64,000 nucleotides of DNA from contig JBFPLN010000003.1 of NCBI GenBank assembly GCA_051971635.1, positions 64,001-128,000 of the forward strand. The letters are read 5' to 3'. Positions within the stretch are counted from its first letter, which is position 1; every line of letters starts with the position of its first letter. Both the position numbers and the translations under genes were made by a program. Below are positions 45,913-56,136 of this stretch, one piece after another. Source of the stretch: Candidatus Atelocyanobacterium thalassae (GTDB lineage: Bacteria; Cyanobacteriota; Cyanobacteriia; Cyanobacteriales; Microcystaceae). The notes beneath the pieces are model-generated. The model was given only the letters and a program-made list of their open reading frames with translations. It was not told where the DNA came from and made no database searches.

Positions 45913-47140
45913 ACAGTTACAGGTTTTTTATTTAACTAGAAATTAGCCTATCTAAAACTAAAGCCAATTTTAAGTCTGCAATTCTAAGTGAGCCCTATAA
46001 GAAAACTTAATGAATTACTTAAGTAGATCATCAGATATTTCTTACTACTTTATCCATCGTGTTAGAAAAAGCCTTAGAGCGAGTCACTGCTAATAATATC
46101 ATGTTAATGTAACAACATGAATAGGAGGACTGTACTGGTAAGCATAAGTTAAGAAAGTATTAAACATTTAAATATAAAATAATAGGAAAGTATGATAAAT
46201 ATGAAATAAGTACTAATTAATTATAGGAATTTTGAGTATAACAATAGAAATTACTTAGTTAGTTATTCATATATGAGTTAATACTTTTACAGAATAATTT
46301 GTAGAGAGAAAAATATACTAATGTGCTAAATTAATCACACATTACTTTTCGAATAATAAAAGGTATAACTCAAAAGCTAGTTTATTTAGTAATAAATGCT
46401 ATTATTTTACGTGATTGTTTATAAAAATACTTGTACCGTAAGGGTAAAGCTATTTACTAGCATCTGAGTTATACATAACTAATTCACTTAAAAAAATTGA
46501 TTTCTTAAGCTTAGCTATAATAAATTTTTATTTTGAGGAATGATTCTTAATATTAAAATTTTAGTATTGCATTAATCTATCAGATACAAATAACATAATA
46601 TTATCAATATAGATCTATAGTCTATATTACCTAGATAAACTTGCTACATTCCTCCAAATAAAATAAATTTCAAAATATGATTAATCTTATTTCATTCTGT
46701 CAAATTTAAAGTATTGAGTATAAAATTTTTATAGGACTACATTTCAAGTTTTATAAGAGTATTGTGCATTAGTAATAAGAGTAACTTACAAAAAGTATCA
46801 AGTATCACTTATGCTACTTACTTAAATTCATGAAAAGATAAGATAACTATGCTATAAAAATAATTATCTTACCTTTTATTTTATTATTCTAATCATTTCT
46901 TTTACTTTGCTAATATTTCAGAAATGTCTATCTGAGATGAGGTTTTAGAATTCTTCCAATAAATTTTTCTCTTTTTATTTGTCAATCTAGTTACTAGTAT
47001 ATTTAAGAAACCAGAATAGTAATTTAATGTATGGCTAAGTTACCTATATTTATTTTCATCCTTTAAACATTGAAATATTCAGTTGATAATTATCTATTTT
47101 TTTTTATTTGAATTTAAAGATTTAGCGTTATATTTTTGAT

Positions 47141-47181
47141 ATGATGACTAGTGATTAATATTATTAGTCACTGGTTATCAT
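47141..47181 (+). promoter_or_regulatory. 19-bp hairpin 30 nt upstream of cyAbrB2
   Basis: ATGATGACTAGTGATTAAT-ATT-ATTAGTCACTGGTTATCAT; all three non-Watson-Crick pairs are G-U on the + strand. Confidence 0.6.
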
Positions 47182-47211
47182 TAATATAAGAGTAAAGGAC
47201 ATTGAAAAATT

Positions 47212-47598
47212 ATGACCAATACAAATTCTACTCCCTTAATGGGAAAAGCTTTACTTCAAAAGGTAAAAGAATTATCACATAAACCTCGAAGAGAAACTGC
47301 TAAAGAGTGTGGATATTATTCAGTAACAAAGGATGGACAAATTCGTGTTAATCTGACTGATTTTTATGATGCAGTATTAGGAGCGAAAGGAGTTCCCCTT
47401 GAGCCTGGCTCTACTAAAGATGGGCGAGGTCGCGAACCTACATTTCGTGTTAGTGTTCACAAAAACGGTCAAATTGTCATAGGTTCTACTTATACAGAAC
47501 AAATGGGGTTAAAACCAGGTGATGAATTTGAAATTAAACTTGGTTACAAACATATTCATCTTAAACAAGTTGATATTGAAGATCAAGAAGCCGCCTAA
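47212..47598 (+). CDS. cyabrB2: Cyanobacterial AbrB-like regulator, clade B (Sll0822-like)
   Basis: GKALLQKVKELSH.PRRETAK.CGYY, GRGREPTFRVSVHKNGQIVIG and EIKLGYKHIHL. Confidence 0.92.
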   Translation: MTNTNSTPLMGKALLQKVKELSHKPRRETAKECGYYSVTKDGQIRVNLTDFYDAVLGAKGVPLEPGSTKDGRGREPTFRVSVHKNGQIVIGSTYTEQMGLKPGDEFEIKLGYKHIHLKQVDIEDQEAA

Positions 47599-47656
47599 AC
47601 CGTTTTTAATTTTCATAAATGTAAATAATATTACTAACTAGAATTAAAAAAAAGGA

Positions 47657-47691
47657 TAGTCATTAATCCTATTGCTTAGGGCTAATGACTA
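47657..47691. terminator. Hairpin after cyAbrB2
   Basis: TAGTCATTAATCCTA/TAGGGCTAATGACTA with one G-T pair and one mismatch. Confidence 0.6.
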
Positions 47692-47805
47692 AAAAGCAAA
47701 CGAGATTACTTTGTTACTATTAACATCTGAACTGTGAGATATGTATCCAAAAATAGAATATGTTATTGTAGATAAGAAATTAATTAATCTATAACTCGCT
47801 CCACA

Positions 47806-48708
47806 ATGTCACTAAGAGCAATACAAAATAGTTTAGATTTAATTCTAAATCAAATTAAATGGGAAGAGATACCATCCTCCCGCTTAATTCAGCAATTTTC
47901 AACATTTTTTAAAACCTCTTCCAGCGAAATCAAAGTTATTGCTTTAGTACTTATTTGGTTCATTATTTGGTCACCTATCGCTTTTTTTATAAGTAGAAAA
48001 ATTAAATGGAAGCCGTTTGAACCGTTAAACTCCAATCAAAAGTTATTACTACTGGCCCCCTTATATACATTAGTTCCTGTTTTAATATTTTTAATATCAA
48101 TTTTAGAGCAAAAATCGCTGATCAATTACGGATTAATTTTTAATTATGACTGTTTAACTGATTTTCTCCTAGGTTTACTTATCAGCCTATCCAGTTTAAT
48201 AATTTTATTTAAACTAGGAGAGAGATTGGATTACTTAAAATGGAATTTCGAAAATCGAATTATATTAAATAAAATTTTATTACCAACTTTAGGCTTAGCT
48301 TTATGGATAAGCTTAACAGAAGAATTAGTGTTTAGAGGCGTGATACAAACAACTTTAGAGGATGACCATAATATATTAATAGCTGCTATTCTCTGCAATA
48401 TAGCTTTTGCTTTACTTCACTTAGTTTGGGAAAGAGAGGAAACTATACCTCAACTACCGGGACTATGGTTAATGGGTATGGTTTTAACAGAAGCAAAGTG
48501 GATCAATCATAGTTTGGGATTACCATGGGGACTACATGCAGGCTGGATCTTAGGAATATCTTTGTTAGAATCTGCGAAGTTAATTACGTATGCGGATTTG
48601 AAAGGTAATTATATAATTGGAATTAGGCAAAAACCTTTGGCAGGTATAATGGGAATTTTTTCTTTACTGCTTACTAGTATGGTCTTATGGTGTTTTACAA
48701 TAGTTTAA
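47806..48708 (+). CDS. CPBP (CAAX protease/Abi) intramembrane metalloprotease
   Basis: EELVFRG, FALLH and GLHAGW motifs. Confidence 0.88.
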   Translation: MSLRAIQNSLDLILNQIKWEEIPSSRLIQQFSTFFKTSSSEIKVIALVLIWFIIWSPIAFFISRKIKWKPFEPLNSNQKLLLLAPLYTLVPVLIFLISILEQKSLINYGLIFNYDCLTDFLLGLLISLSSLIILFKLGERLDYLKWNFENRIILNKILLPTLGLALWISLTEELVFRGVIQTTLEDDHNILIAAILCNIAFALLHLVWEREETIPQLPGLWLMGMVLTEAKWINHSLGLPWGLHAGWILGISLLESAKLITYADLKGNYIIGIRQKPLAGIMGIFSLLLTSMVLWCFTIV

Positions 48709-48820
48709 GGTTAGTCATAAATGTATAAACTATTGGAATAAATAGTCAGTTTGGTTAACAATACACCTTAGAATTTTTTTAAAGCTAAATCATAAGACAA
48801 TAAAGTTTATTTAGAAATTT

Positions 48821-49693
48821 ATGCTTGTTCAATCTTATAAAAACTTTCTGAGTATTGAAAAAATAACAATCCCAATTACAGGATTACCTACTCATCTAAA
48901 TCGAATCAAAATTGCTCAATTATCAGATTTTCATTACGATGGACTTTCTCTCTCTAGTTCATTACTTATAAAAGCAATTCAATGTAGTAATGCAGAAAAA
49001 CCAGATTTAATTTTATTGACAGGGGATTACATAACAAATTCAACTGATTTTATATATGATTTAGCTTCACAATTAAAGTTACTAAAAAGTCAAAAAGGAA
49101 TTTACGCAGTTTTAGGAAATCACGATATATTATGTAAAACTGGAAAATCTACAATAATTAAAGCGTTGACTAGTGCAAATATAAAAGTTCTCTTGAATGA
49201 AATTGTTTACCCTTTAGGTACATGTTTACCAATAGTTGGATTGATAGATTTGTGGTCACAAGAGTTTAATCCTGAATCTGTCATGAGAAGATTATCTTCA
49301 TCAAAACCATGTCTAGTTCTCTCACATAATCCTGATACAGCTAGTATCTTAAAAAAATGGCGTGTTGATTTACAGTTATCAGGTCATACTCATGGTGGAC
49401 AAATCATAATTCCAGGTTTTGGACCATGTTTAATGTTATTAAAAAAAATATACAAAAGGATACCTCACAAACTACAAAAATATTTTCCTTTAGTGAAATA
49501 TAGCTCAAGTATTGTCAAAAATTGGAAATGGAATTTAGGCTTACATACAATAGGCAAGAATAAGATATATATAAATAGAGGATTGGGAACTTATTCGCCA
49601 GGAAGATTATTTTGTTCTCCAGAGCTGACAATAATTACTTTAATTAAAAGTGATAATCAGTTAACTTGTTCTAAACTAAATTCTGGCATTTAA
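48821..49693 (+). CDS. Calcineurin-like metallophosphoesterase
   Basis: SDFH, TGDY, GNHD, SHNPD and SGHTHGGQ motifs. Confidence 0.92.
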   Translation: MLVQSYKNFLSIEKITIPITGLPTHLNRIKIAQLSDFHYDGLSLSSSLLIKAIQCSNAEKPDLILLTGDYITNSTDFIYDLASQLKLLKSQKGIYAVLGNHDILCKTGKSTIIKALTSANIKVLLNEIVYPLGTCLPIVGLIDLWSQEFNPESVMRRLSSSKPCLVLSHNPDTASILKKWRVDLQLSGHTHGGQIIIPGFGPCLMLLKKIYKRIPHKLQKYFPLVKYSSSIVKNWKWNLGLHTIGKNKIYINRGLGTYSPGRLFCSPELTIITLIKSDNQLTCSKLNSGI

Positions 49694-49709
49694 GTCCAAT
49701 TACTGCCAC

Positions 49710-52028
49710 CTAAATAATTTTAGTAATTGAATTTGTACTAGGATCAATAATTTTTCTCCCCAAACCTTTAAACTTAATAGCTAAATTAATTTTATTTTCC
49801 GAGCCTAAAACATGAGTAACTTCGCCCTCTCCGAAACTATAGTGAATTATATGGTCACCAACTAACCATTGAATGTTATTATTTTTAGAATTATTTTTTC
49901 TATACGAAGTTTTTTCAGCAACTGCACTAGTATCGTCATTTATTAAATCTTGAGGAATTTCTTCCAAAAATTGCGAAACAACTTTAATCTCTTTTGATCC
50001 CCATACAAATCTTTCCCGAGCATACGTTATAAACAACTTTTCTTGTGCCCGAGTTATACCCACATAACATAAACGTCTTTCTTCTTCTAAAGAGAGAGGA
50101 TTATTGAGACTACGGATATGAGGTAAGGTTCCCTGTTCCAAGCCTACTAAAAAAACAACAGGAAATTCTAATCCTTTAGCAGAATGTAATGTCATAAGAG
50201 ATACCTTATCGTTTTCATTTTCTAAATTATCTAAGTCAGAGGCAAGAGATGCGTTCGTCAAATAGCCTTGTAAACTTGGATCATTATTTTCTTCTCTATA
50301 CTGATTTATAGCATTATATAGTTCTTGAAGATTCTGGAGTCTGTTATCTGCCTCTTCCGTTTCTTTTTGCTTTAAATCATTTATATATCCAGACTTCTGC
50401 ATTATTTGGTTAAAAATATCTGTAGATATTGCTGCGGTTGATTGTTCTTGTAATTCTTTAATCATATGTACAAAACTAAGAACTGCTTTTGAAGATTTCC
50501 CTGTTAATGTCATCACAGAAGTTTCATCAGTAAGTATTTCCCATAAAGAAGTCTTTAGTTCTTGAGAAGCCTTTAATAATAGATCAATAGTTGTTTTACC
50601 GATACCACGGCGAGGAGAATTAATAACTCTTAAAAGACTAACAGTATCATAAGGATTAACAATTAAACGTAAATACGCAATCGAATCTTTGATCTCTTGA
50701 CGATCATAAAATTTAAATCCTCCTACAATAGTGTAGGGAATATTTCGACGAACTAGAATGTCTTCAAATGGTCTAGATTGAGAATTTACTCTGTATAGGA
50801 AAGCAATATCTTTCCAACTTAATTCAGGGGTTAAACTTATTAATTCTTCAATTTTGTTAATAACAAATTCTGCCTCTATATGCTCATCATCTGCTTTATA
50901 ACAATAAATTTTTTCGCCTTTACCTCTCGTCGCTTTAAGAGTCTTATCAATGCGCTGACTATTATTATAAATCAGATGATTAGCTGCATCTAGTATAGTT
51001 TTTGTTGATCGATAATTATTTTCCAACTTTATCATAGTCTTAGTTTCCTTATCTGGAAGACCATCTCCAAACTCAGTTTGGAAGTTTAGTAAAATTGTAA
51101 AATCAGCCATACGAAAGCTATAAATAGACTGATCTGCGTCTCCTACAACGAAAACAGATCTATTCTTCCAACTCCACTCATGCTTGTGAACTTTTCCATT
51201 TGTTGTTAATAGTTGAATTAAAGTATATTGAATTCGATTTGTATCTTGATATTCATCAACTAAAATATGTTTAAATTGGGAATGCCAATAAGCTAGAACA
51301 GATTTATTTTTTTCAAATAAGCGAACCGGAATTAAAATTAAATCGTCAAAATCTAAAGCATTATTTTCAGCAAGTTGAGTTTGATATTCATCATAAATTT
51401 CTGCAATAATACGTCCTTTCGAATAAGAATGTTCTTTTAGATATTCTTCAGGAGATAAGCCTAAATTTTTAGCATTACTGATAGCATAACGAATTGTTCT
51501 AGGGTTAAAAGTCTTCTCATCCAAATTGAATTGTTTTAAAGTTATATTTTTTACAATATTTTGGACATCAGATTCGTCAAAAATAGAAAAATTTCTGTCC
51601 CATCTTCTTCTTTTACTATCTTGATATTTATTGATATCATACCGAAGTATTCTCGCACATAAACTATGAAAAGTACCTATCCATAACTGTTTCGTAGTTT
51701 TTTTATAAATAAACGAAAGCAATTTTTTTTGGTTGAATTCTGATAAAGTATCAAATGACTGTTTATAGCTTTTCAAAGAAATTTCTTGGGCAAGAAGCTT
51801 GTCAAGTCGATCCTTCATTTCTTTTGCTGCTTTATTTGTAAAAGTCACTGCAAGAATAGACTCAGGATTAACCTTATTGAAAATAATTAAATGTGCAATT
51901 CTATATGTTAAAGCACGTGTTTTACCTGAGCCAGCTCCTGCAATCACTAGAAGAGGACCACAAAAATGCTCTACAGCACAGCGTTGAAAATAATTTAAGG
52001 TAGAGAGAAAGTCGGCAGAAGTAGTCAT
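49710..52028 (-). CDS. pcrA: ATP-dependent DNA helicase PcrA/UvrD
   Basis: AGAGSGKT, VDEYQD, VGDADQSIY, TLHSAKGLEF and YVGITRA motifs. Confidence 0.98.
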   Translation of the reverse strand: MTTSADFLSTLNYFQRCAVEHFCGPLLVIAGAGSGKTRALTYRIAHLIIFNKVNPESILAVTFTNKAAKEMKDRLDKLLAQEISLKSYKQSFDTLSEFNQKKLLSFIYKKTTKQLWIGTFHSLCARILRYDINKYQDSKRRRWDRNFSIFDESDVQNIVKNITLKQFNLDEKTFNPRTIRYAISNAKNLGLSPEEYLKEHSYSKGRIIAEIYDEYQTQLAENNALDFDDLILIPVRLFEKNKSVLAYWHSQFKHILVDEYQDTNRIQYTLIQLLTTNGKVHKHEWSWKNRSVFVVGDADQSIYSFRMADFTILLNFQTEFGDGLPDKETKTMIKLENNYRSTKTILDAANHLIYNNSQRIDKTLKATRGKGEKIYCYKADDEHIEAEFVINKIEELISLTPELSWKDIAFLYRVNSQSRPFEDILVRRNIPYTIVGGFKFYDRQEIKDSIAYLRLIVNPYDTVSLLRVINSPRRGIGKTTIDLLLKASQELKTSLWEILTDETSVMTLTGKSSKAVLSFVHMIKELQEQSTAAISTDIFNQIMQKSGYINDLKQKETEEADNRLQNLQELYNAINQYREENNDPSLQGYLTNASLASDLDNLENENDKVSLMTLHSAKGLEFPVVFLVGLEQGTLPHIRSLNNPLSLEEERRLCYVGITRAQEKLFITYARERFVWGSKEIKVVSQFLEEIPQDLINDDTSAVAEKTSYRKNNSKNNNIQWLVGDHIIHYSFGEGEVTHVLGSENKINLAIKFKGLGRKIIDPSTNSITKII

Positions 52029-52211
52029 AGAGATTTAAAAATCAAATGCTATTGTCTGATTTTCTGATTGTAATTTTATTAAGTTAATCTAGTAGTAATC
52101 TGAGATAAAGTAAATATTAAATGCTCAGCCTAACATATTAAGTAAAAGAAAAGTTTTTGATTGTACTACGATTGATGAATCAAAATGGAAATTTTCCCCT
52201 ACAATAGAAGA

Positions 52212-52279
52212 AGCGGAGACAATTGTTTCCGTTCACTCCTCACACCATGCTCCGTCCGGCAATGTTCGGACGGTTTTTT
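52212..52279 (+). ncRNA. yfr1: Yfr1 small RNA
   Basis: Invariant ACTCCTCACAC (52235-52245) between a 5' stem (GCGGAGAC/GTTTCCGT) and a terminator (CCGTCCG/CGGACGG plus T6). TACAAT -10 at 52200-52205; upstream of trxA as in other cyanobacteria. Confidence 0.93.
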
Positions 52280-52407
52280 ATTAAATGAGAAAATGATAAC
52301 TTGTGAATTTTACGGAGATTTAAGTAAAAATAAAGAGAGTTTTTCATGTGGTAGAATAAAATCCTAGATTATTCTAGAAAAATATGAGCAATTAAAGGAA
52401 TTCTTAT

Positions 52408-52731
52408 ATGTCAGCTGCAGCTCAAGTTACAGATAGTAGTTTTAAAACAGATGTTTTAGAGAGTGAAGTCCCTGTTTTGGTCGATTTTTGGGCGCCTTGG
52501 TGTGGTCCTTGTCGTATGGTAGCTCCAGTCGTAGACGAGATAGCAGAACAATACGCAGGGCAAATAAAAGTAGTTAAGCTTAATACTGATGAAAATCCTA
52601 ATACGGCTAGCCAATACGGAATTCGTAGTATCCCTACGCTTATGATCTTTAAAGGAGGTCAAAGAGTTGATATGGTTGTAGGTGCCGTTCCTAAGACAAC
52701 CTTAGCCTCTACTCTTGAAAAATATCTTTAG
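52408..52731 (+). CDS. trxA: Thioredoxin (m-type)
   Basis: [10 protein letters not shown] and GIRSIPT motifs. Confidence 0.98.
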   Translation: MSAAAQVTDSSFKTDVLESEVPVLVDFWAPWCGPCRMVAPVVDEIAEQYAGQIKVVKLNTDENPNTASQYGIRSIPTLMIFKGGQRVDMVVGAVPKTTLASTLEKYL

Positions 52732-52759
52732 TTTCTATTAAAAAATTAAAACTATATCT

Positions 52760-52792
52760 AAGAGGTAAGCTTCTCAAGACTTACCTCTTTTT
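52760..52792 (+). terminator. Terminator after trxA
   Basis: AAGAGGTAAG/CTTACCTCTT stem with trailing Ts. Confidence 0.7.
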
Positions 52793-52982
52793 CAATAAAA
52801 CCAATTACATATATTCACTACGTAATAATTCATATACAGAGCTCCAACACAAAACGAATAAGCCACTAAAACTTAATATTTTTGTTAAAAATTTTCCATC
52901 AATATCTTCAGGAAATATAATCAAAATTAGTTAATTAGCTTCACAATTTTATAAAATAGTCAACTAATGCTTACTATTAACA

Positions 52983-54251
52983 TCAGTTGACAAAGCTAGT
53001 AATTATTTTTCCTTTTACTTTTTTCCCTAACCAAAAAGTATTATGACTTAAAGAATAAAGATTAGATTGAGTAACCTTCCAGGACTTTTTAGGATCAAAA
53101 ATAATGAAGTTTAAAAGAGAACCTACCTTGATCGGATGTAATGGCTCTCCTAAATATTCAAGAGGCTTACTACTTAATACTTTCCATAGTTGAAGTGCCG
53201 ACAATTTTTTAGTTTCTACCAACTCTTGCCAAAGCAAAGGTAATGCTATCTGAAGTCCTATTGTCCCTGGAGGAGATTCTGCAAAAGGTACTGTCTTTTC
53301 TTCATAAGTATAGGCATGATGATCAATCGCTATAATATCTATGGCACCTTGCGAAATACCATCAATTAATGCATTACGATCCTCTGGATTGCCTAAAGGA
53401 GGATTCAATCTCAAATTAGAGTCATAACTACTAATCGCCCTCGAATCTAGTAATAGATGCATCCAAGTTGTACTTGCAGTAATAGGAATACCTTTCGATT
53501 TCCCCCATGCAATCAATTCAACGGAGCGACGAGTAGAAATTCTCATCAAATGAACAGGAGTTTGAGTAGCTGCTACTACTTCTAGTATTGCCGCAACTGC
53601 TGTAGATTCTGTTATGGAAGGATTAACCTGAAGTCCACAACTAATTGAAGAAGAACCTTCTCTCATTACTCCATTCCCTCTTAAAGAAGAACAATCTGGG
53701 AACAAAGCGATAGGTTTTTTAAGAGGTTTAAGATATTCTAATAATCGCCATAGTACTCCTAAATTTCCTATTTCCTGATTGTCTGTAAATCCTAACACTC
53801 CATTGGCTGCTAGTTCCTTTAATTCTGTCATCTGTTCTCCCTTTGCATCTTGTGTAAGATTTCCCCAGAAGTCCAGTTTGACAGAAGAAATTTGCTTTAC
53901 TCTTTGCTGTAAATAGGAAAGAGAAGTTAAACTGTCAACTTGAGGAGTAGTTTGAGGAAGAATACCAATACGAGTGAATCCTCCTGCAATAGCAGAGGCT
54001 GCTAAAGTATGTAATGTCTCCCTAGTTTCATAACCAGGTTCTCCACTATAACTATATAAATCTATTAATCCTGGGGCAAAGATAAGACCTTCACCATCAA
54101 TAATTTCTACTTCTGGAAGAATTTCATTTAGATGACGATCTATTTTGATGATTTTTTCTCTATCTAATAAAACATCACAAATAGAATTAGTATTAGTTAC
54201 AGGATCTAAGACTTGAATTTGCCTTAATAAGGTTAAAGAATAAGTTGTCAT
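52983..54251 (-). CDS. pyrC: Dihydroorotase-like protein, probably catalytically inactive PyrC'
   Basis: PGLIDL, AGGFT and LNPPLG present, but the HxH metal motif reads DLYSYS; likely start ATG 54251. Confidence 0.85.
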   Translation of the reverse strand: MTTYSLTLLRQIQVLDPVTNTNSICDVLLDREKIIKIDRHLNEILPEVEIIDGEGLIFAPGLIDLYSYSGEPGYETRETLHTLAASAIAGGFTRIGILPQTTPQVDSLTSLSYLQQRVKQISSVKLDFWGNLTQDAKGEQMTELKELAANGVLGFTDNQEIGNLGVLWRLLEYLKPLKKPIALFPDCSSLRGNGVMREGSSSISCGLQVNPSITESTAVAAILEVVAATQTPVHLMRISTRRSVELIAWGKSKGIPITASTTWMHLLLDSRAISSYDSNLRLNPPLGNPEDRNALIDGISQGAIDIIAIDHHAYTYEEKTVPFAESPPGTIGLQIALPLLWQELVETKKLSALQLWKVLSSKPLEYLGEPLHPIKVGSLLNFIIFDPKKSWKVTQSNLYSLSHNTFWLGKKVKGKIITSFVN

Positions 54252-54524
54252 ATTAAAGTTAAAATTGAAGTTAAGCAAGCGTTCTGGCTAGATTCTTAAT
54301 ACTTAAAGGTAATATATTTGTTTTTTAATTAATTGAAGCTATTTACTGTATAAGTAATTATCACACAATCAGCTAAATTTCTTATACTTTACCAATTAGC
54401 ATTTAATATTTTTAACAACCAGTTTGATTTTTAATAAAACAATTTAGCTATTACTATTTTTTAAAGACTTTTAATTATTATTGTTTTGCTATTAAAATAG
54501 TTTAAGAAGTATTGTATTGCTTAA

Positions 54525-55922
54525 TTACTTAAAAGTACTAATAGTATCTTTAAATATGATAATTTGCTCGTCATTATAACCAGCAAAAGTTCTATTTATA
54601 ATAAGCTTGATCTTCATACCTAAACCTGATTGTAGATATTTTAGATCAATAGGTAATTTACCAATATTAACCACAAATTGATTACCGTTTAAAACAACTA
54701 ATTCATCTGGTATATCTCCTTTATACTTCATACTATAATCAGAAACAGGTCGTAGCCATGGATCTGAATAAGTAACACTATAAACAATGCTAAATTTAGT
54801 TGAAATTAATTGAGATTCATCTGCCTCATCTATTAATTTTAATTGCAATTTTTTTCCTTTTCCATAAATTTCTTGGGCTTTTAATCGAGTCGCATCACTT
54901 TTCTTTATAGAGTTATGAACTATAAATTGCGTAATTTTCTTATGTTGTTTTGTAGTTGCTTCTATCCAAATATCATCAGGAATATTAACTACAATGCCCT
55001 GATTGCTAACATACTGTAAAGTTAACTTCTTTTGAGAAAAGTTACTAAAAGATTGAGGAGCATTCCAAATTAATAAAAAAGAATGTTCTAATCTTTCTAT
55101 TAAAGCTAGATACTGATCATTAATTATGGAAGCAGGAGCAAATAAAGCAGATGCATTATTTTTAGTTTCCCAAATATTTTTTGATAGTAGATAACCTTTA
55201 TTTTTTAAGGTAGCCATGCTTACTGTTACTGCTGACTTATCAGGTTCAAGGGGTTTATCAAGATTTATTAAAGTTAAATGACCTTGTTGTCCATCCTTTC
55301 CAAAAGTTCCGCTGACACCATTAGAACCGTTTTTACCATCTTGACATTGAAATTTTAAAGTTGTACAGCTATAACCAGGAGTACCTGGCTTATTATCGCA
55401 GCTTTCTAGCGCCCAATAAGGACTATTGCAACGACATCCTTCTGCTCCGATACCTCCTTGACCTGGTCGTCCACCTCTTCCTCCTGCTGCATTAATAAAG
55501 ATCTTACTTAAATTTTCAATGTTACTCGTATATAAAGTTAATGAACCCCCGTCACCACCATTACCACCATTACCTCCATTACCTCCACTACCACCGTTTG
55601 AAGCTTTTAAGTTATGTTTGATTTTTAAAGGCTGAACCTTACATTTAGCTTCTTTACCATGTTCTCCATTTTCTCCTATTTGTCCACTCTCTCCTCCTAA
55701 ATCGAGATTTAGAGGAGAATCATCAATAAAAATAGTTAGATCTTCGCTATTTTTACCGTCTTTTCCTGAGGAACCGTGATAACCATCAATACCATTTTCG
55801 CCGAATGTTTTAACTTCGACAGCGATTGCAGGTCTTGTCTGTAATTTAAATGCTACAAATGATGGCGAAATAGTAAAAATTTCGGAAAATAATATAAAGA
55901 AAATAAGTTTAATTATTTGCAT
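54525..55922 (-). CDS. Secreted Gly-rich (collagen-like) protein
   Basis: Signal peptide; G-x-x repeats (GGSGGNGGNGGNGGDGG, GKNGSNGVSGTFGKDG) with paired cysteines. Confidence 0.75.
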   Translation of the reverse strand: MQIIKLIFFILFSEIFTISPSFVAFKLQTRPAIAVEVKTFGENGIDGYHGSSGKDGKNSEDLTIFIDDSPLNLDLGGESGQIGENGEHGKEAKCKVQPLKIKHNLKASNGGSGGNGGNGGNGGDGGSLTLYTSNIENLSKIFINAAGGRGGRPGQGGIGAEGCRCNSPYWALESCDNKPGTPGYSCTTLKFQCQDGKNGSNGVSGTFGKDGQQGHLTLINLDKPLEPDKSAVTVSMATLKNKGYLLSKNIWETKNNASALFAPASIINDQYLALIERLEHSFLLIWNAPQSFSNFSQKKLTLQYVSNQGIVVNIPDDIWIEATTKQHKKITQFIVHNSIKKSDATRLKAQEIYGKGKKLQLKLIDEADESQLISTKFSIVYSVTYSDPWLRPVSDYSMKYKGDIPDELVVLNGNQFVVNIGKLPIDLKYLQSGLGMKIKLIINRTFAGYNDEQIIIFKDTISTFK

Positions 55923-56136
55923 TTATTCGTTATGAAGATTAACGATATTAAAATTATAAGAGACTATACATTATAAATTTTTGTTTCTTAAATACTATTT
56001 TTCTTATTATCAGCAGTCAAGCTAACGTAGTAAGGTTTGATTTATAACTAAATATTGAGTATCAATAGCTCTAAATCTAAAATCTAGATTATTTATGTCT
56101 TGTTAGTTAAATATTTGCTTACTTTTTTATAAAATA

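Noticed and set aside
46434..46450. GTACCGTAAGGGTAAAG resembling a 23S rRNA word
   Set aside because: Too short, with no flanking similarity.
47806..49693. CPBP/Abi protease plus metallophosphoesterase as a defence system
   Set aside because: Both are common cyanobacterial core families, and there is no defence-island context.
52185..52367. 60-aa ORF in the track
   Set aside because: It overlaps Yfr1, its promoter and its terminator, and has no recognisable protein features.
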